Shown here: one piece after another, positions 49,133-58,489 of the stretch
How the letters are laid out: each line of letters begins with the position of its first letter
How positions within the stretch are numbered: the stretch's first letter is position 1
IMG/VR virus record: IMGVR_UViG_3300032087_004351
Location: 1-58,489 of that record
Length of the DNA stretch: 58,489 bases
Reading direction: 5' to 3' (one strand)
Origin: a virus
Taxonomy: Duplodnaviria > Caudoviricetes
Notes under the pieces: model-generated
Seen by the model: the letters and a program-made list of their open reading frames with translations, nothing else
Told to the model about the DNA's origin: nothing
The model's database searches: none
Program-made: the position numbers and the translations under genes

Positions 49133-51610
49133 ATGTATAGTACTGGCAACATCAATAAAAAGGGGAGCTTTCCAGACCCCCTGGCCGACAGATCTGAAAA
49201 GTCCTCCGAGGAGTACGGCCTTCAGTACGCAAGAGCCATATTTTCTCAATGGGGAAAGCAGACAGACTCGACTTCTCTGTTGGGGAAAAGAAACAAAGTC
49301 TTTGAAAGAAACAGAGATTACGCTAACGGAAACCAAGACACGTCAATCTACAAGCAGCTTCTTAACTCATTGTCTCCCAACAAAGGAGACGGTAGTTTGT
49401 TGAACCTGGACTTTACCCCAGTTCCTATCCTGCCAAAGTTTGTTCGTGTTGTTGCAAATAAAATATTATCTCGCAACCCGTATCCAAACCTGGAATCCGT
49501 AGATCCGCTTTCTTCTTCTGAGAAGAACAAGATGAAGGACAAGATTCGTGTTCAGGTGGAAAACAAGCCTGCGTTACAGCAACTTAAGGAAACAACTGGA
49601 CTGGTCCTAGATATGGATCCAGACCAGATACCAGACACTCTTGAGGAGGCTGAAATCTTTTTGGAAACAAATATCAAGACCGACGCAGAGGTAGCGGCTC
49701 AGATCGCAACCAACATGACTCTAGAGTGGTCTAACTTTAACGACACCACATACAGACGATGCGTTAACGACATTGTGGCGCTAGGTATGGCCGTCACCAA
49801 AAGAGATAACGATCCGTCCTATGGTATTGACGTCAAGTATGTAGACCCAGTGAACTTTGTCCACAGCTACACAGAGGACCATAACTTTGGTGACCTCGTG
49901 TATGCTGGGCACGTAGAGCGAATTTCTATCGGGGAGCTGAAGCGCAAAATGGCTGGCGAAAAACCTGAGGAGTACTTCAAGGAGCTGGCTAAGCAGGTGA
50001 AAAGCAACGAAGGGAACAATCCAGCGGATTTTTCGAAGACAAGGTATGATGAGCGCATGCAGCGCACCGAATACGGATATGACGGGTACATGCTTGATGT
50101 GCTGTCGTTTGAGTTTATTTCGGTAGACACCATTTACTTCGAAGAAAAAGAAAACCGATTCGGTAATGTCAACTTCTACTTGAAGGGCTTTGAATACAAG
50201 GAGCGTAAAAACTCTGTGTTCGAAAGAACCCCTCACAAGATGGAGGTTGCGTCTGTATACGGAGGCAAGTTTATTGTCGGAACGGATTGCATTTTTGACT
50301 ATGGCCCGATGAAGAATATTCCAAAGAATATTCATGACATCAGCAGAGCCAAGCTGTCTTATTCTGTGGTTGCAACAAACATCCGTAGAATGGTTCCTAA
50401 GTCTATGGTTGAGAGCTGCACTGGTTTTGCGGATATGCTTCAGCTGACGCACCTTAAAATTCAGCAAGCCGTAGCAAAGGCAAAGCCAGACGGATTGATT
50501 ATTGATATTGAAGGTCTTGAGAACGTTCAGCTCGGAAAAGGAGGTGAGCTTCAGCCGCTAGAGCTTCATGATATCTACGAACAAACTGGTGTCTTCTATT
50601 ACAGAAGTAGAACGCCAGAAGGAGGACAGCAGGCACCACCGATTCAGCAGATTCCAAACTCGATTCGGAACATCAACGAAATGATTGCTCTGTACAATCA
50701 TTATTTGCAGTTGATTCGCGACACAACGGGGATCAACGAGCAAATGGACGGCACGACGCCTAAAGCTGACGCTCTTGTAGGGGTTCAGCAAATAGCTATC
50801 CATCAGGGAAACAATGCTATTCACGACATCACAAACGCCTCATTGACCCTGTATAAGACAGTGTGTCAAGACGTGGTAAAATGCCTTCAGATTCTTCCAG
50901 AAGGTTCTGTCATCTACGATATTTATGCCAACGCTATCGGTGAGTCCAATATGGGTGTTCTAAACTCATTCAAAGATCTGCCTATGTACAACTTTGGCGT
51001 TATGGTCGTTAGAGACATGGAGGACAAAGACAAAGAGTACCTGGAGCAAAACATTCAGATGGCCATACAGCAAGGTCAGATAGACCTTGAAGACGCTATG
51101 GCAGTCAGAAGTATGAAGGATATCAACCAGGCGGAAAGACTTCTTGTTTTGCGCAGAAAGAAGCGCATGGCTCAGCAGTCAGAGCAAGCAGCTCAAAACT
51201 CTCAGATGCAGGCCCAGCAAGCTCAGCAAGCTGCGCAGGCCGCATCACAGGGAGAGCAGCAAAAGCTCCAGATGGAGGCGCAGATAAGGCAGCAAGAAAT
51301 GCAGCTTAAGGCTCAGCTTGAGATGCAACTAGAGCAAGCCAAGCATGAGATGCGCAAAGAGATTGAAATGATTAAAGCTCAAGCCACCCTTGGTTTCCGT
51401 GAAGACGACCAAAACTTCAAGGAGAAGATTGAGGTTATGAAAGAGCAGAACAAGAGCGATAGACAAGAAAGACAGCTGGCTGCGACTCAAGAAGAGCCAC
51501 AGCCTGCTCCTGAAATGACCGCAGATAATACTGAATCAAATGTGCCTGCAGATATGGAGGCACAGCTAATGTCTATGATGAATGAAGCAGCGACTAAAAG
51601 ACAAGCTTAA
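49133..51610 (+). CDS. Portal protein
   Basis: 825 aa directly after terL; Gln-rich coiled-coil C-terminus typical of podovirus portals. Confidence 0.8.
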   Translation: MYSTGNINKKGSFPDPLADRSEKSSEEYGLQYARAIFSQWGKQTDSTSLLGKRNKVFERNRDYANGNQDTSIYKQLLNSLSPNKGDGSLLNLDFTPVPILPKFVRVVANKILSRNPYPNLESVDPLSSSEKNKMKDKIRVQVENKPALQQLKETTGLVLDMDPDQIPDTLEEAEIFLETNIKTDAEVAAQIATNMTLEWSNFNDTTYRRCVNDIVALGMAVTKRDNDPSYGIDVKYVDPVNFVHSYTEDHNFGDLVYAGHVERISIGELKRKMAGEKPEEYFKELAKQVKSNEGNNPADFSKTRYDERMQRTEYGYDGYMLDVLSFEFISVDTIYFEEKENRFGNVNFYLKGFEYKERKNSVFERTPHKMEVASVYGGKFIVGTDCIFDYGPMKNIPKNIHDISRAKLSYSVVATNIRRMVPKSMVESCTGFADMLQLTHLKIQQAVAKAKPDGLIIDIEGLENVQLGKGGELQPLELHDIYEQTGVFYYRSRTPEGGQQAPPIQQIPNSIRNINEMIALYNHYLQLIRDTTGINEQMDGTTPKADALVGVQQIAIHQGNNAIHDITNASLTLYKTVCQDVVKCLQILPEGSVIYDIYANAIGESNMGVLNSFKDLPMYNFGVMVVRDMEDKDKEYLEQNIQMAIQQGQIDLEDAMAVRSMKDINQAERLLVLRRKKRMAQQSEQAAQNSQMQAQQAQQAAQAASQGEQQKLQMEAQIRQQEMQLKAQLEMQLEQAKHEMRKEIEMIKAQATLGFREDDQNFKEKIEVMKEQNKSDRQERQLAATQEEPQPAPEMTADNTESNVPADMEAQLMSMMNEAATKRQA

Positions 51611-51872
51611 AAGGTATGGGCTCTCTGGGCTCAACAAGCCCAAGAGATCCCCTAAGGGGAAGAAGTCTCACGTTGTGGCGGTCCGCGACAACGGCAAGGT
51701 TAAAATCATACGCTTCGGCGAAAGAGGTGCAGAAACTGCAGGTAAGCCGAAGGCTGGTGAGTCTGCCCGCATGAAGGCGAAGCGGAAATCATTTAAGGCT
51801 CGCCACAGAAAGAACATTGCTAAGGGTAAGACAAGCGCAGCTTACTGGGCAGACAAAGTGAAGTGGTCATGA
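51582..51872 (+). CDS. Small basic protein
   Basis: 'KIIRFGE...KSFKARH...SAAYWA..VKW'. Confidence 0.65.
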   Translation: MKQRLKDKLKRYGLSGLNKPKRSPKGKKSHVVAVRDNGKVKIIRFGERGAETAGKPKAGESARMKAKRKSFKARHRKNIAKGKTSAAYWADKVKWS

Positions 51873-52027
51873 AGGTTCTTAAGAAAAAAGTATCGGTAGA
51901 TCCCCCTAAGGGATATCACTGGATGGAAGAGGGTGGTAGATATTATCTCATGAGCGGTGAATATAAGCCACACCCAGGCGCCGTGGCCAAAGCTCAGTTT
52001 AAAACTGTAACCCATGGCAAAAAGTAA
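51869..52027 (+). CDS. Small basic protein (52 aa, not in ORF track)
   Basis: MKVLKKKVSVDPPKGYHWM...; ATGA-coupled. Confidence 0.55.
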   Translation: MKVLKKKVSVDPPKGYHWMEEGGRYYLMSGEYKPHPGAVAKAQFKTVTHGKK

Positions 52028-52196
52028 AAGCAGAGTAAACGAGGCTGGAAATTACACAAAGCCGTCGCTTAGAAAAAGATTATTTAATCGCATCAAGGCA
52101 GGCACTAAGGGTGGTAATGCTGGGCAGTGGTCTGCCCGCAAAGCTCAGATGCTAGCCAAGCAGTACAAAGCTGCAGGCGGTGGATACAAAGACTAA
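52014..52196 (+). CDS. Small basic protein
   Basis: 'YTKPSLR...GQWSARKAQMLAKQYKAAGGGY'. Confidence 0.65.
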   Translation: MAKSKSRVNEAGNYTKPSLRKRLFNRIKAGTKGGNAGQWSARKAQMLAKQYKAAGGGYKD

Positions 52197-52459
52197 TGCC
52201 TAGACTTAAAAAATCACAGAAGTCTTTAAAGGACTGGACGTCACAAAAGTGGATGACGTCTGGCACTCACGCAAATAAAAAGAAAGGCAGCTCCAAGGAG
52301 GTTAAGTCTGCTGGAAAGAAGCGGTATCTGCCTAAGGCAGCATGGGACGCTTTGAGTAAAGGCGAGAAGGCGGCTACAAACAAAGCGAAGGCATCGAGCA
52401 GTAAGCAGTTTGTCAAACAACCCAAGTCTATTGCTCGTAAAACTTCACGTTACAGATAA
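52196..52459 (+). CDS. Small basic protein
   Basis: 'QKSLKDWTSQKW...RYLPKAAW...KQFVKQP'. Confidence 0.65.
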   Translation: MPRLKKSQKSLKDWTSQKWMTSGTHANKKKGSSKEVKSAGKKRYLPKAAWDALSKGEKAATNKAKASSSKQFVKQPKSIARKTSRYR

Positions 52460-52463
52460 TTAC

Positions 52464-52471
52464 TATATTTG
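52464..52471 (+). promoter_or_regulatory. -7 promoter box for the head operon
   Basis: Intergenic TATATTTG. Confidence 0.7.
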
Positions 52472-52489
52472 CAGAAATAACAAATACAA

Positions 52490-52954
52490 ATGGCTACTAC
52501 CACTGTTACCCTATCGATTGCAAGTGCAGACCTGACGACAGACGCTCTGTCGTTGAGCGCTACTAAAACGCTGTACAATGCAGGCACCTCTACGGGTATG
52601 TCTCAGGTTGAAGGTGTGGCAAAAAAGTTTTTGGCTGGGGACGCTACCAACCCTCAGAACTACGTTATTGGTAACGCAAGCGTGTCCAAGTTTACTGCTG
52701 GCGGCGCAACCAAGATCTACATTAAGAATACATCTACTGTGACCTCTGACTACCTCACGGTTATCGTCGGAGAGGACGCAGGCGCTTCAGACGGAACCTA
52801 CACTGGTCAGGAGTTGGGTAGACTTTATGGAGGTGACTTTTTGTTCATCCCGTGGTCTGCCGTGACTACCTCAACCCCAGACTCTGACATTATTGTTCAG
52901 ACTCCAGCTAACTCTCTCAACCAAGAGGTCGAATACCTTATAATTTTCGAATAA
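52490..52954 (+). CDS. Putative virion protein, paralog 1
   Basis: 'MATTTVTLSIASADLTTDALSLS...LYGGDFLFIPW...VEYLII'. Confidence 0.6.
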   Translation: MATTTVTLSIASADLTTDALSLSATKTLYNAGTSTGMSQVEGVAKKFLAGDATNPQNYVIGNASVSKFTAGGATKIYIKNTSTVTSDYLTVIVGEDAGASDGTYTGQELGRLYGGDFLFIPWSAVTTSTPDSDIIVQTPANSLNQEVEYLIIFE

Positions 52955-53346
52955 TGCCTACAACCACAGCTACACTCACGCTTACTAGCGCAGACCTCAC
53001 AAGCGACGCTTTGTCTCTCAGCACCACTGCTACGCTCACGCAGCACAACAGCGACACTGGTCTTGACTACACGACTGGCGTAAACAGAATTACATACGGA
53101 AGCACTCAAACCAACACCACTCTTATTGCGTCTGCTGACTACACCGCTGCAAAGGCTCACAAGATTTACATCAAGAATTTGTCAACAAGCAACTCTGATT
53201 CTTTGACCATTGAGGTTGCTGCACGAGAACTTGGAGACTTGTATGGTGGTGATTGGTCATTCTTTCCGTACGACGCATCAAGCGATATCACCATATCAAC
53301 AAGCGGTGCTCTCAGCGTTGAGTACATGGTAATCTATCAACAGTAA
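52954..53346 (+). CDS. Putative virion protein, paralog 2
   Basis: 'MPTTTATLTLTSADLTSDALSLS...LYGGDWSFFPY...VEYMVI'. Confidence 0.6.
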   Translation: MPTTTATLTLTSADLTSDALSLSTTATLTQHNSDTGLDYTTGVNRITYGSTQTNTTLIASADYTAAKAHKIYIKNLSTSNSDSLTIEVAARELGDLYGGDWSFFPYDASSDITISTSGALSVEYMVIYQQ

Positions 53347-53810
53347 TGGCATCAGTTAGCGTAACACTAGGTATTAGCAGCAGCGACGTTCTAAGCACAA
53401 GCGTTGGCTTGAGCGCCAGGATGTCTCTAGAGGCCGACTCTGGAACCATTATAAAGTCTAGAATTGCAGACACCACAGGGGCTGTAAAGGAAACCTCTGG
53501 AGGCGCTGGAGACGGAGAGCTAAACGGGGTCACTGTATATAAGGCGAATGACAAGCAGACTAGGGCTTATGTTTACGTAAGAAACCTGTCCGATGTTCTC
53601 GAAGACTACATCTACGTGTACAACTCTACCGATAGTGATTTAGGATTTACTACTTTTTCTGAAGCTTCTGTAGCAAAGATCGGAGGTGGTCAGTTTGCAT
53701 TTATCCCTGTGTCCGTAGACACTACATTTAAGGCATACGCCACAAAAGCAAATCAAGTTATTGAATACGGAGTCTTCGGAATGGACGACCCAGATTATAT
53801 ATTAGAATAA
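53346..53810 (+). CDS. Putative virion protein, paralog 3
   Basis: 'MASVSVTLGISSSDVLSTSVGLS...IGGGQFAFIPV...IEYGVF'. Confidence 0.55.
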   Translation: MASVSVTLGISSSDVLSTSVGLSARMSLEADSGTIIKSRIADTTGAVKETSGGAGDGELNGVTVYKANDKQTRAYVYVRNLSDVLEDYIYVYNSTDSDLGFTTFSEASVAKIGGGQFAFIPVSVDTTFKAYATKANQVIEYGVFGMDDPDYILE

Positions 53811-54100
53811 TGGCACATCCATCAGACACACTACCTAAGGACGTCTACGTTCTCGACGCAACAAATGCTCTCGTTCCTTCAGAAGGGAAGTACATCTTCG
53901 CTCTGCTGAACCCCACTGCCGCAGCGATTAATGCCACGGTAAAAGGTAGCATTTACAACTGGGATGGCACGACATCTACATATAAGCAGATTGCATCCAC
54001 GGCCACGGACGTTATTCCCGTGCAGCCAGGAGCTGTCGTATACGGTAGATTTACCTCTTGCCTTGCCAGCGCAGCAGACCTGATCTGCTACGTAGGATAA
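53810..54100 (+). CDS. Putative small virion protein
   Basis: 96 aa, TAATG-coupled. Confidence 0.5.
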   Translation: MAHPSDTLPKDVYVLDATNALVPSEGKYIFALLNPTAAAINATVKGSIYNWDGTTSTYKQIASTATDVIPVQPGAVVYGRFTSCLASAADLICYVG

Positions 54101-54123
54101 AATAGAATAAAAATTTAAATATA

Positions 54124-55236
54124 ATGGAAGAGAATACAACTCCAGAAATCCAGGTCTTCGACAACCCCGAAGACCTTGCTGCATCTATGAGTGCAGGGTC
54201 ACAATCTGTCGAACAACCACAAGAAACGATTCAAGAGACCTCTCCTGAGGCTTCTCCTGAACCTTCTTATGAGGGCAATGAGTCTACCCCATACGTAGAC
54301 CCAGAGGCATCTCCTACACAAGAGCAGTCACAATTTGATGCCGTTGTAGAAAGCAGACAGGAAACTCCTTACGAACGCCCTCAGTACACTCAAGAGGATG
54401 TAGACAACAGAATTCTTAGTTACGTGAGCCAAAGGCTCAATAGAGAAATTAACTCTTTCGAGGATTTCAATCAACCTCAGGTAAACGAAAGTGTTGAAGC
54501 CATCAACCGCTTCGTCCAAGAGACAGGACGTACGCCACAAGATTGGTTTAAATACCAGACGTTGAACCCAGAGGGGATGGATGATCTCACCGCCGTTAAG
54601 GTTGCTGCGGCTGCAGGTTACAAAAACCTGTCACCGCAGGAGATCGATATGCTCGTTAGTGACAATTATAAATTAGACGCTGAGAAGCACGGAGAAGAGA
54701 CAGCAAGACTTGCTGCTCTTCGTCTTAAAATTGATGCTGAACAGGCACGCGCAGAGATCCAGGAGATTAGAGATCAATACGCGGCACCTATTCAAAATCA
54801 GAACGAAGACGAACCTCTGTTCGATCAGCAATGGATCAACAACATGGCTAACGAGTTTAGCTCAGTCGAAGGGTTGGAGTTTGACCTCGGAGACGGAAGT
54901 AGCATGACTTTTGGCCTGAATGATCAATATCGCCGATCCATGATGGAAAGAGGCGCTAAACTAGATGAGTTCTTCGACCCTTTCTTTAGAGAGGACGGGA
55001 GCTTTGACTACGATGGGCTTGCTACACAGATGGCAGTGCTTGACAACATCGACACCATTGTGCGTGCTGCGTACAACAAGGGTCGTGGTGACGGGCAACG
55101 CGGTCTTGTAAACAAAGCCGCTAACGTAGGTATGGTTCAGCCAAACTCTGGAAGCATGAATGAATCAAACCCGCTTGGCGAGCAGGTAAGAAATTTGATG
55201 AGCAAAAGCTCTGATAAACTAACATTCAACATCTAA
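54124..55236 (+). CDS. Putative capsid scaffolding protein
   Basis: Acidic, low-complexity N-terminus, helical; directly upstream of the capsid gene. Confidence 0.6.
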   Translation: MEENTTPEIQVFDNPEDLAASMSAGSQSVEQPQETIQETSPEASPEPSYEGNESTPYVDPEASPTQEQSQFDAVVESRQETPYERPQYTQEDVDNRILSYVSQRLNREINSFEDFNQPQVNESVEAINRFVQETGRTPQDWFKYQTLNPEGMDDLTAVKVAAAAGYKNLSPQEIDMLVSDNYKLDAEKHGEETARLAALRLKIDAEQARAEIQEIRDQYAAPIQNQNEDEPLFDQQWINNMANEFSSVEGLEFDLGDGSSMTFGLNDQYRRSMMERGAKLDEFFDPFFREDGSFDYDGLATQMAVLDNIDTIVRAAYNKGRGDGQRGLVNKAANVGMVQPNSGSMNESNPLGEQVRNLMSKSSDKLTFNI

Positions 55237-55250
55237 AAAACTAAATAATT

Positions 55251-56672
55251 ATGGCTACTATAGGAACGGGTACTAACTACTCTCTGGACCAGGCGCCAGC
55301 GAGTCTTAAGCTGACGCCCGATAAGTACACTACCCTTAACGACCTCGTTAAGACCACTAAGGACTTTGTCCTTCCTGACTTGGTTCAGTCTTACGGCGAC
55401 CAAGGCATTACTGGATTTTTGAACCTCGTTGGCGCCGTTAAGAGCGGCGGCACTTCCGACATGATCGACTGGTGGGAATCTGGTCGTCGTCACAAGGCTA
55501 TCGATGCCACTGCTGCTCAGCAGACCTTGACTACTGGTGCGACCCCCGCTACTGGTAAGTTGGTTATTGACTTCGGCTCCGCTGACGACAACCTCAACTC
55601 AGGTATCAGAAAGCAGGACGTCGTTATGGACGCCGCTACTGGTACTCGCTGGATCTGTGACGCTACTCCAGACGCTTCTGGAGTAGTATTGAGGAAGCTC
55701 GACGGAACAGACGTTGTTACTGCTGACACCGATGCAACCACGGACTCTAAGTTCATCGTCTTGGGCAACATGTACGGACAGGGTACGGCACAGCCCGATC
55801 GCTTCTGGGATTCAGACGTTAAAAAGCGTCAGAACTCATTCATGATCGTAAAGGATCGCTACCAGGTCAACGGCTCTCAGGCAACCAACATTGGCTGGGT
55901 CAACCTCGGCAACGGTGACTACAGATGGTTCATGTACGGCGAGCAAGAAGCACGCAAGCGCTTCGAAGATCGCAGAGAGATGATGTTGCTTTTCGGTGAG
56001 AAGACTACCACTACGGACGGTGATGCTGCTGCTGATATGGCTGGCGGAGTCTTCGGATCTGAGGGTTACGTCTCTGCTATCGAGGACAGAGGTATTGTCA
56101 TCTCTAATGCGAACGCAAACCCAATGGATAGCTTCTCTGAGTTCGACGACTTGATCTTGCAGCTCGATAAGCAGGGTGCTCCTTCTGAGTACGCTATGTA
56201 CTTGAACAGAAAGCAAGACCTCGCTATCGACGACATGCTGGCTTCTGGTATCGCAACTTCAGTAACTGCAGGCCTGGCTGGTCAGTTCGGTGCGTTCAAC
56301 AACGATGCTGATATGGCCGTCAAGCTCGGCTTTAAGTCGTTCACTAGAGGCGGTTACACTTTCCACAAGCACGACTGGAAACTCCTGAACGATCCTACAC
56401 TCTTGGGTGCGGGTAACTACCTGCAGGGAGCTATGATTCCATTGACTAATGTTACTGACGCTCGTTCAGGCGCTAAGGCTCCTGCACTCGCTATGTACTA
56501 CAAGGAAGCAAATGGCTACTCTCGCGAGTTGGAGCACTGGGTAACTGGCGGAGGTGTCCTTGGACATAACAACAACGGTGACTCTGGTGAGGACACGGCA
56601 ACGTTCCACTACCGCTCAGAGATCGCTCTCTGCACTCGCGCTGCTAACCAGCACGTTATCATCAAGGGATAA
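55251..56672 (+). CDS. Major capsid protein
   Basis: 473 aa after the scaffold-like gene; visibly biased codon use; followed by a UUCG hairpin. Confidence 0.75.
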   Translation: MATIGTGTNYSLDQAPASLKLTPDKYTTLNDLVKTTKDFVLPDLVQSYGDQGITGFLNLVGAVKSGGTSDMIDWWESGRRHKAIDATAAQQTLTTGATPATGKLVIDFGSADDNLNSGIRKQDVVMDAATGTRWICDATPDASGVVLRKLDGTDVVTADTDATTDSKFIVLGNMYGQGTAQPDRFWDSDVKKRQNSFMIVKDRYQVNGSQATNIGWVNLGNGDYRWFMYGEQEARKRFEDRREMMLLFGEKTTTTDGDAAADMAGGVFGSEGYVSAIEDRGIVISNANANPMDSFSEFDDLILQLDKQGAPSEYAMYLNRKQDLAIDDMLASGIATSVTAGLAGQFGAFNNDADMAVKLGFKSFTRGGYTFHKHDWKLLNDPTLLGAGNYLQGAMIPLTNVTDARSGAKAPALAMYYKEANGYSRELEHWVTGGGVLGHNNNGDSGEDTATFHYRSEIALCTRAANQHVIIKG

Positions 56673-56687
56673 TTAATCTGAAGTGAC

Positions 56688-56709
56688 GGACGGGGCTTCG
56701 GCCCTGTCC
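56688..56709 (+). terminator. Stable hairpin after the capsid gene (weak terminator or mRNA stabiliser)
   Basis: ggacggggc-ttcg-gccctgtcc with no T-tract. Confidence 0.55.
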
Positions 56710-56730
56710 TAACTTCATAAAATCTTACTC

Positions 56731-57120
56731 ATGAGCTTTACAGGTATTTTTATTCCAACTGGAGCGGCAGGACCTACTGCCATCTCTACTAGCGGAACAA
56801 CTCAGGAGTTGGATCCAGCGGACTCTCCAATTATCAACTTGACTTCTACGACTGCAGCAGACGTCGCAACCCTCCCAGCCCCGCAGAAAAAATCTGCAAA
56901 GGTTCAGGAAAGCGGCTCTTTTGTGATTCCAAAAGTCATTATTGGTCAGTACCTCAACCTTAAGCTGGTTGTTGACGGAGGAGAGCTTGTTGTCACAACA
57001 ACTGATGTTGCTGGCAGTGCAATGACACTTACGTTTTCAGATGCTAACGATGAAATTATTCTCGTTGCTGCTGAAAACGGATACGCCATCCTCAAGAACG
57101 AGGGTGTTGTTGTTGCTTAA
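56731..57120 (+). CDS. Putative capsid decoration/auxiliary protein
   Basis: 129 aa directly after the capsid gene. Confidence 0.5.
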   Translation: MSFTGIFIPTGAAGPTAISTSGTTQELDPADSPIINLTSTTAADVATLPAPQKKSAKVQESGSFVIPKVIIGQYLNLKLVVDGGELVVTTTDVAGSAMTLTFSDANDEIILVAAENGYAILKNEGVVVA

Positions 57121-57141
57121 GTTTTACCACAACAATGAAAC

Positions 57142-57167
57142 AGGCCCTACGGGGCCTTTTTCTTTTT
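57142..57167 (+). terminator. Rho-independent terminator
   Basis: aggccc-tacg-gggcct followed by ttttcttttt; TATATTTG promoter box follows at 57170-57177. Confidence 0.88.
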
Positions 57168-57192
57168 AGTATATTTGCATCAGTTAAATCCA

Positions 57193-58467
57193 ATGAAGAA
57201 GTTTTTTCTCTTTAGACAAGAGCCTGTACAGGCCGCAAGCGTTAGATCGTCCGACACAGGGCTTGGTCTTAGCATATTTGTCATCCCCGTAGACAAGCTT
57301 TCGTTTATGACCGCCACAGACGGGGAGGTACAGCTTGTATTCGACGACGCCACGCTCTATCAAGAATCAGCTCTTTATACAGGCGAGGCCATCGAAAAGA
57401 CAGCTGTCAACGTTGCCTGCAAGAAGGGCGATGAGATGAAGCTTATAGACGACGTGATGAAATTTATATCGTCTGATAAGGCAGTAAGCCGCTTCATGAG
57501 ATTTGACGGAGCTACAGGCGGATATACATCAGAGTATGTAGACACAACCAAAGCTCAGACTGTTGTGCCTAAGATCAAGGCCAACCCGATCAACGTACAG
57601 ACTGGAGAGAGAAGCTTTGGTGATGCTACCGCGATCGCTGCAAATACGATCGCTGGCATCAACTTTAACTACACGCAGCCGTTCCTCGACTACAACCACG
57701 AAGGGTTAGCGTCCACGACCGACGCGGCACAGATCAATTCGTGGGATAATGCAGGGACAGGAGGTGCAACATACGACATCTCTACAAACGTAGGTACGCC
57801 AGAGTGTGTAGACCCAGACGTAAGGGATCTTGGCCTGGCATACAAGGGTGCTTTACTCAACGAAGGTGAGCACTTTATCGTCCCGTCTGCCACGATTAAA
57901 GACGACTATACGCTGTACTTTGTGACTAGCACGAAGTACGCCGCAGACCTCTACTCACCGTACTTTATGACACTTTACGGAGATGCGGCTGGCGAGACAC
58001 TCGGCCCAGGAGGGCAGTTCATTGAAGATGGGGCTGCAGATAAAGTTAAACTGTCTACAAGGTATTTTTCATTTAGGCACTCTGGAAAGACTGGGGCTCC
58101 CGCTGTATTGCTTGCAGACGATCAAATTGTTCAGAGGAACACAGACTCGGAATTTAATCCGTGTCATGTGTTCATTATCAGGAGAACTGCAGATCACACC
58201 ATATTTGTACACGACAGAACAGGTAAAGTGATTGCCCAAATAGACGACCTGGAGTTCAGTGCGAATACAGCGTTTCATAAGGAGTCACACGCCCCTAGAT
58301 GTACAGAAGGACCGCTTCTTATCGAAAGGCTTGGTACGGCTGCAGACATACTTACGAACCATTACCATAAGCAGGTTCTCGGTAGATTCGGGGTTATCCC
58401 GTCAGATATAGGTTTTAACGAGTCGGTCAGGTTGGCCGACGATCTTTATAAATTATATTCAAAATAA
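57193..58467 (+). CDS. Putative virion protein with a beta-sandwich/lectin-like C-terminal half
   Basis: 424 aa from ATG 57193. Confidence 0.5.
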   Translation: MKKFFLFRQEPVQAASVRSSDTGLGLSIFVIPVDKLSFMTATDGEVQLVFDDATLYQESALYTGEAIEKTAVNVACKKGDEMKLIDDVMKFISSDKAVSRFMRFDGATGGYTSEYVDTTKAQTVVPKIKANPINVQTGERSFGDATAIAANTIAGINFNYTQPFLDYNHEGLASTTDAAQINSWDNAGTGGATYDISTNVGTPECVDPDVRDLGLAYKGALLNEGEHFIVPSATIKDDYTLYFVTSTKYAADLYSPYFMTLYGDAAGETLGPGGQFIEDGAADKVKLSTRYFSFRHSGKTGAPAVLLADDQIVQRNTDSEFNPCHVFIIRRTADHTIFVHDRTGKVIAQIDDLEFSANTAFHKESHAPRCTEGPLLIERLGTAADILTNHYHKQVLGRFGVIPSDIGFNESVRLADDLYKLYSK

Positions 58468-58489
58468 TTCATCATGTCAGAAACGACAA
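58399..58489. repeat. Terminal direct repeat, copy 2
   Basis: Identical to 1-91. Confidence 0.97.

Noticed and set aside
49781-50467. Long antisense ORFs in the track (e.g. 228 aa opposite the portal, and others opposite large genes)
   Set aside because: Shadow ORFs of real genes with no motifs or expression signals
1-58489. Stop-codon reassignment as in some crAss-like phages
   Set aside because: Standard-code ORFs are long and tile the genome; neither tRNA is a suppressor

Overview
The window is an apparently complete, circularly assembled (91-bp terminal overlap) ~58.4 kb tailed dsDNA phage genome. It most likely infects a Bacteroidota/Flavobacteriia host: there are many TAnnTTTG '-7' promoter boxes, a T9SS-type C-terminal sorting domain and a VirE/BT4734-type primase-helicase. 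The organisation is podovirus-like. A + strand late arm (38.6 kb through the junction to 23.1 kb) carries endolysin, two tRNAs, terminase, portal, scaffold, capsid, tail, giant ejection-type protein and holin. A - strand early/middle arm (38 kb down to 23 kb) carries small host-takeover ORFs, recombination, primase-helicase, nucleases and class II RNR. I recognised no integrase, DNA polymerase, RNA polymerase or CRISPR array. The most notable signal is a set of non-coding elements in the early region (34.4-38.0 kb, - strand): (1) a canonical hammerhead ribozyme at 36759-36812 that overlaps the stop codon of an unannotated 28-aa membrane peptide and is predicted to cut 25 nt before the next gene; (2) a 63-nt tRNA-like cloverleaf with no anticodon loop; (3) two long hairpins with an identical 33-bp core and different but still pairing outer arms; (4) a shared CAAACTTCAA leader motif downstream of each of these elements; (5) one antisense copy of that motif. 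Together they suggest an early-mRNA processing/regulation system (inference). Other points of interest are a rare tRNA-Ile(UAU), a T10 frameshift at the start of the ~3350-aa protein, probable leaderless late mRNAs and a phage-encoded T9SS substrate. All protein calls come from motif recognition and gene context, not database searches.
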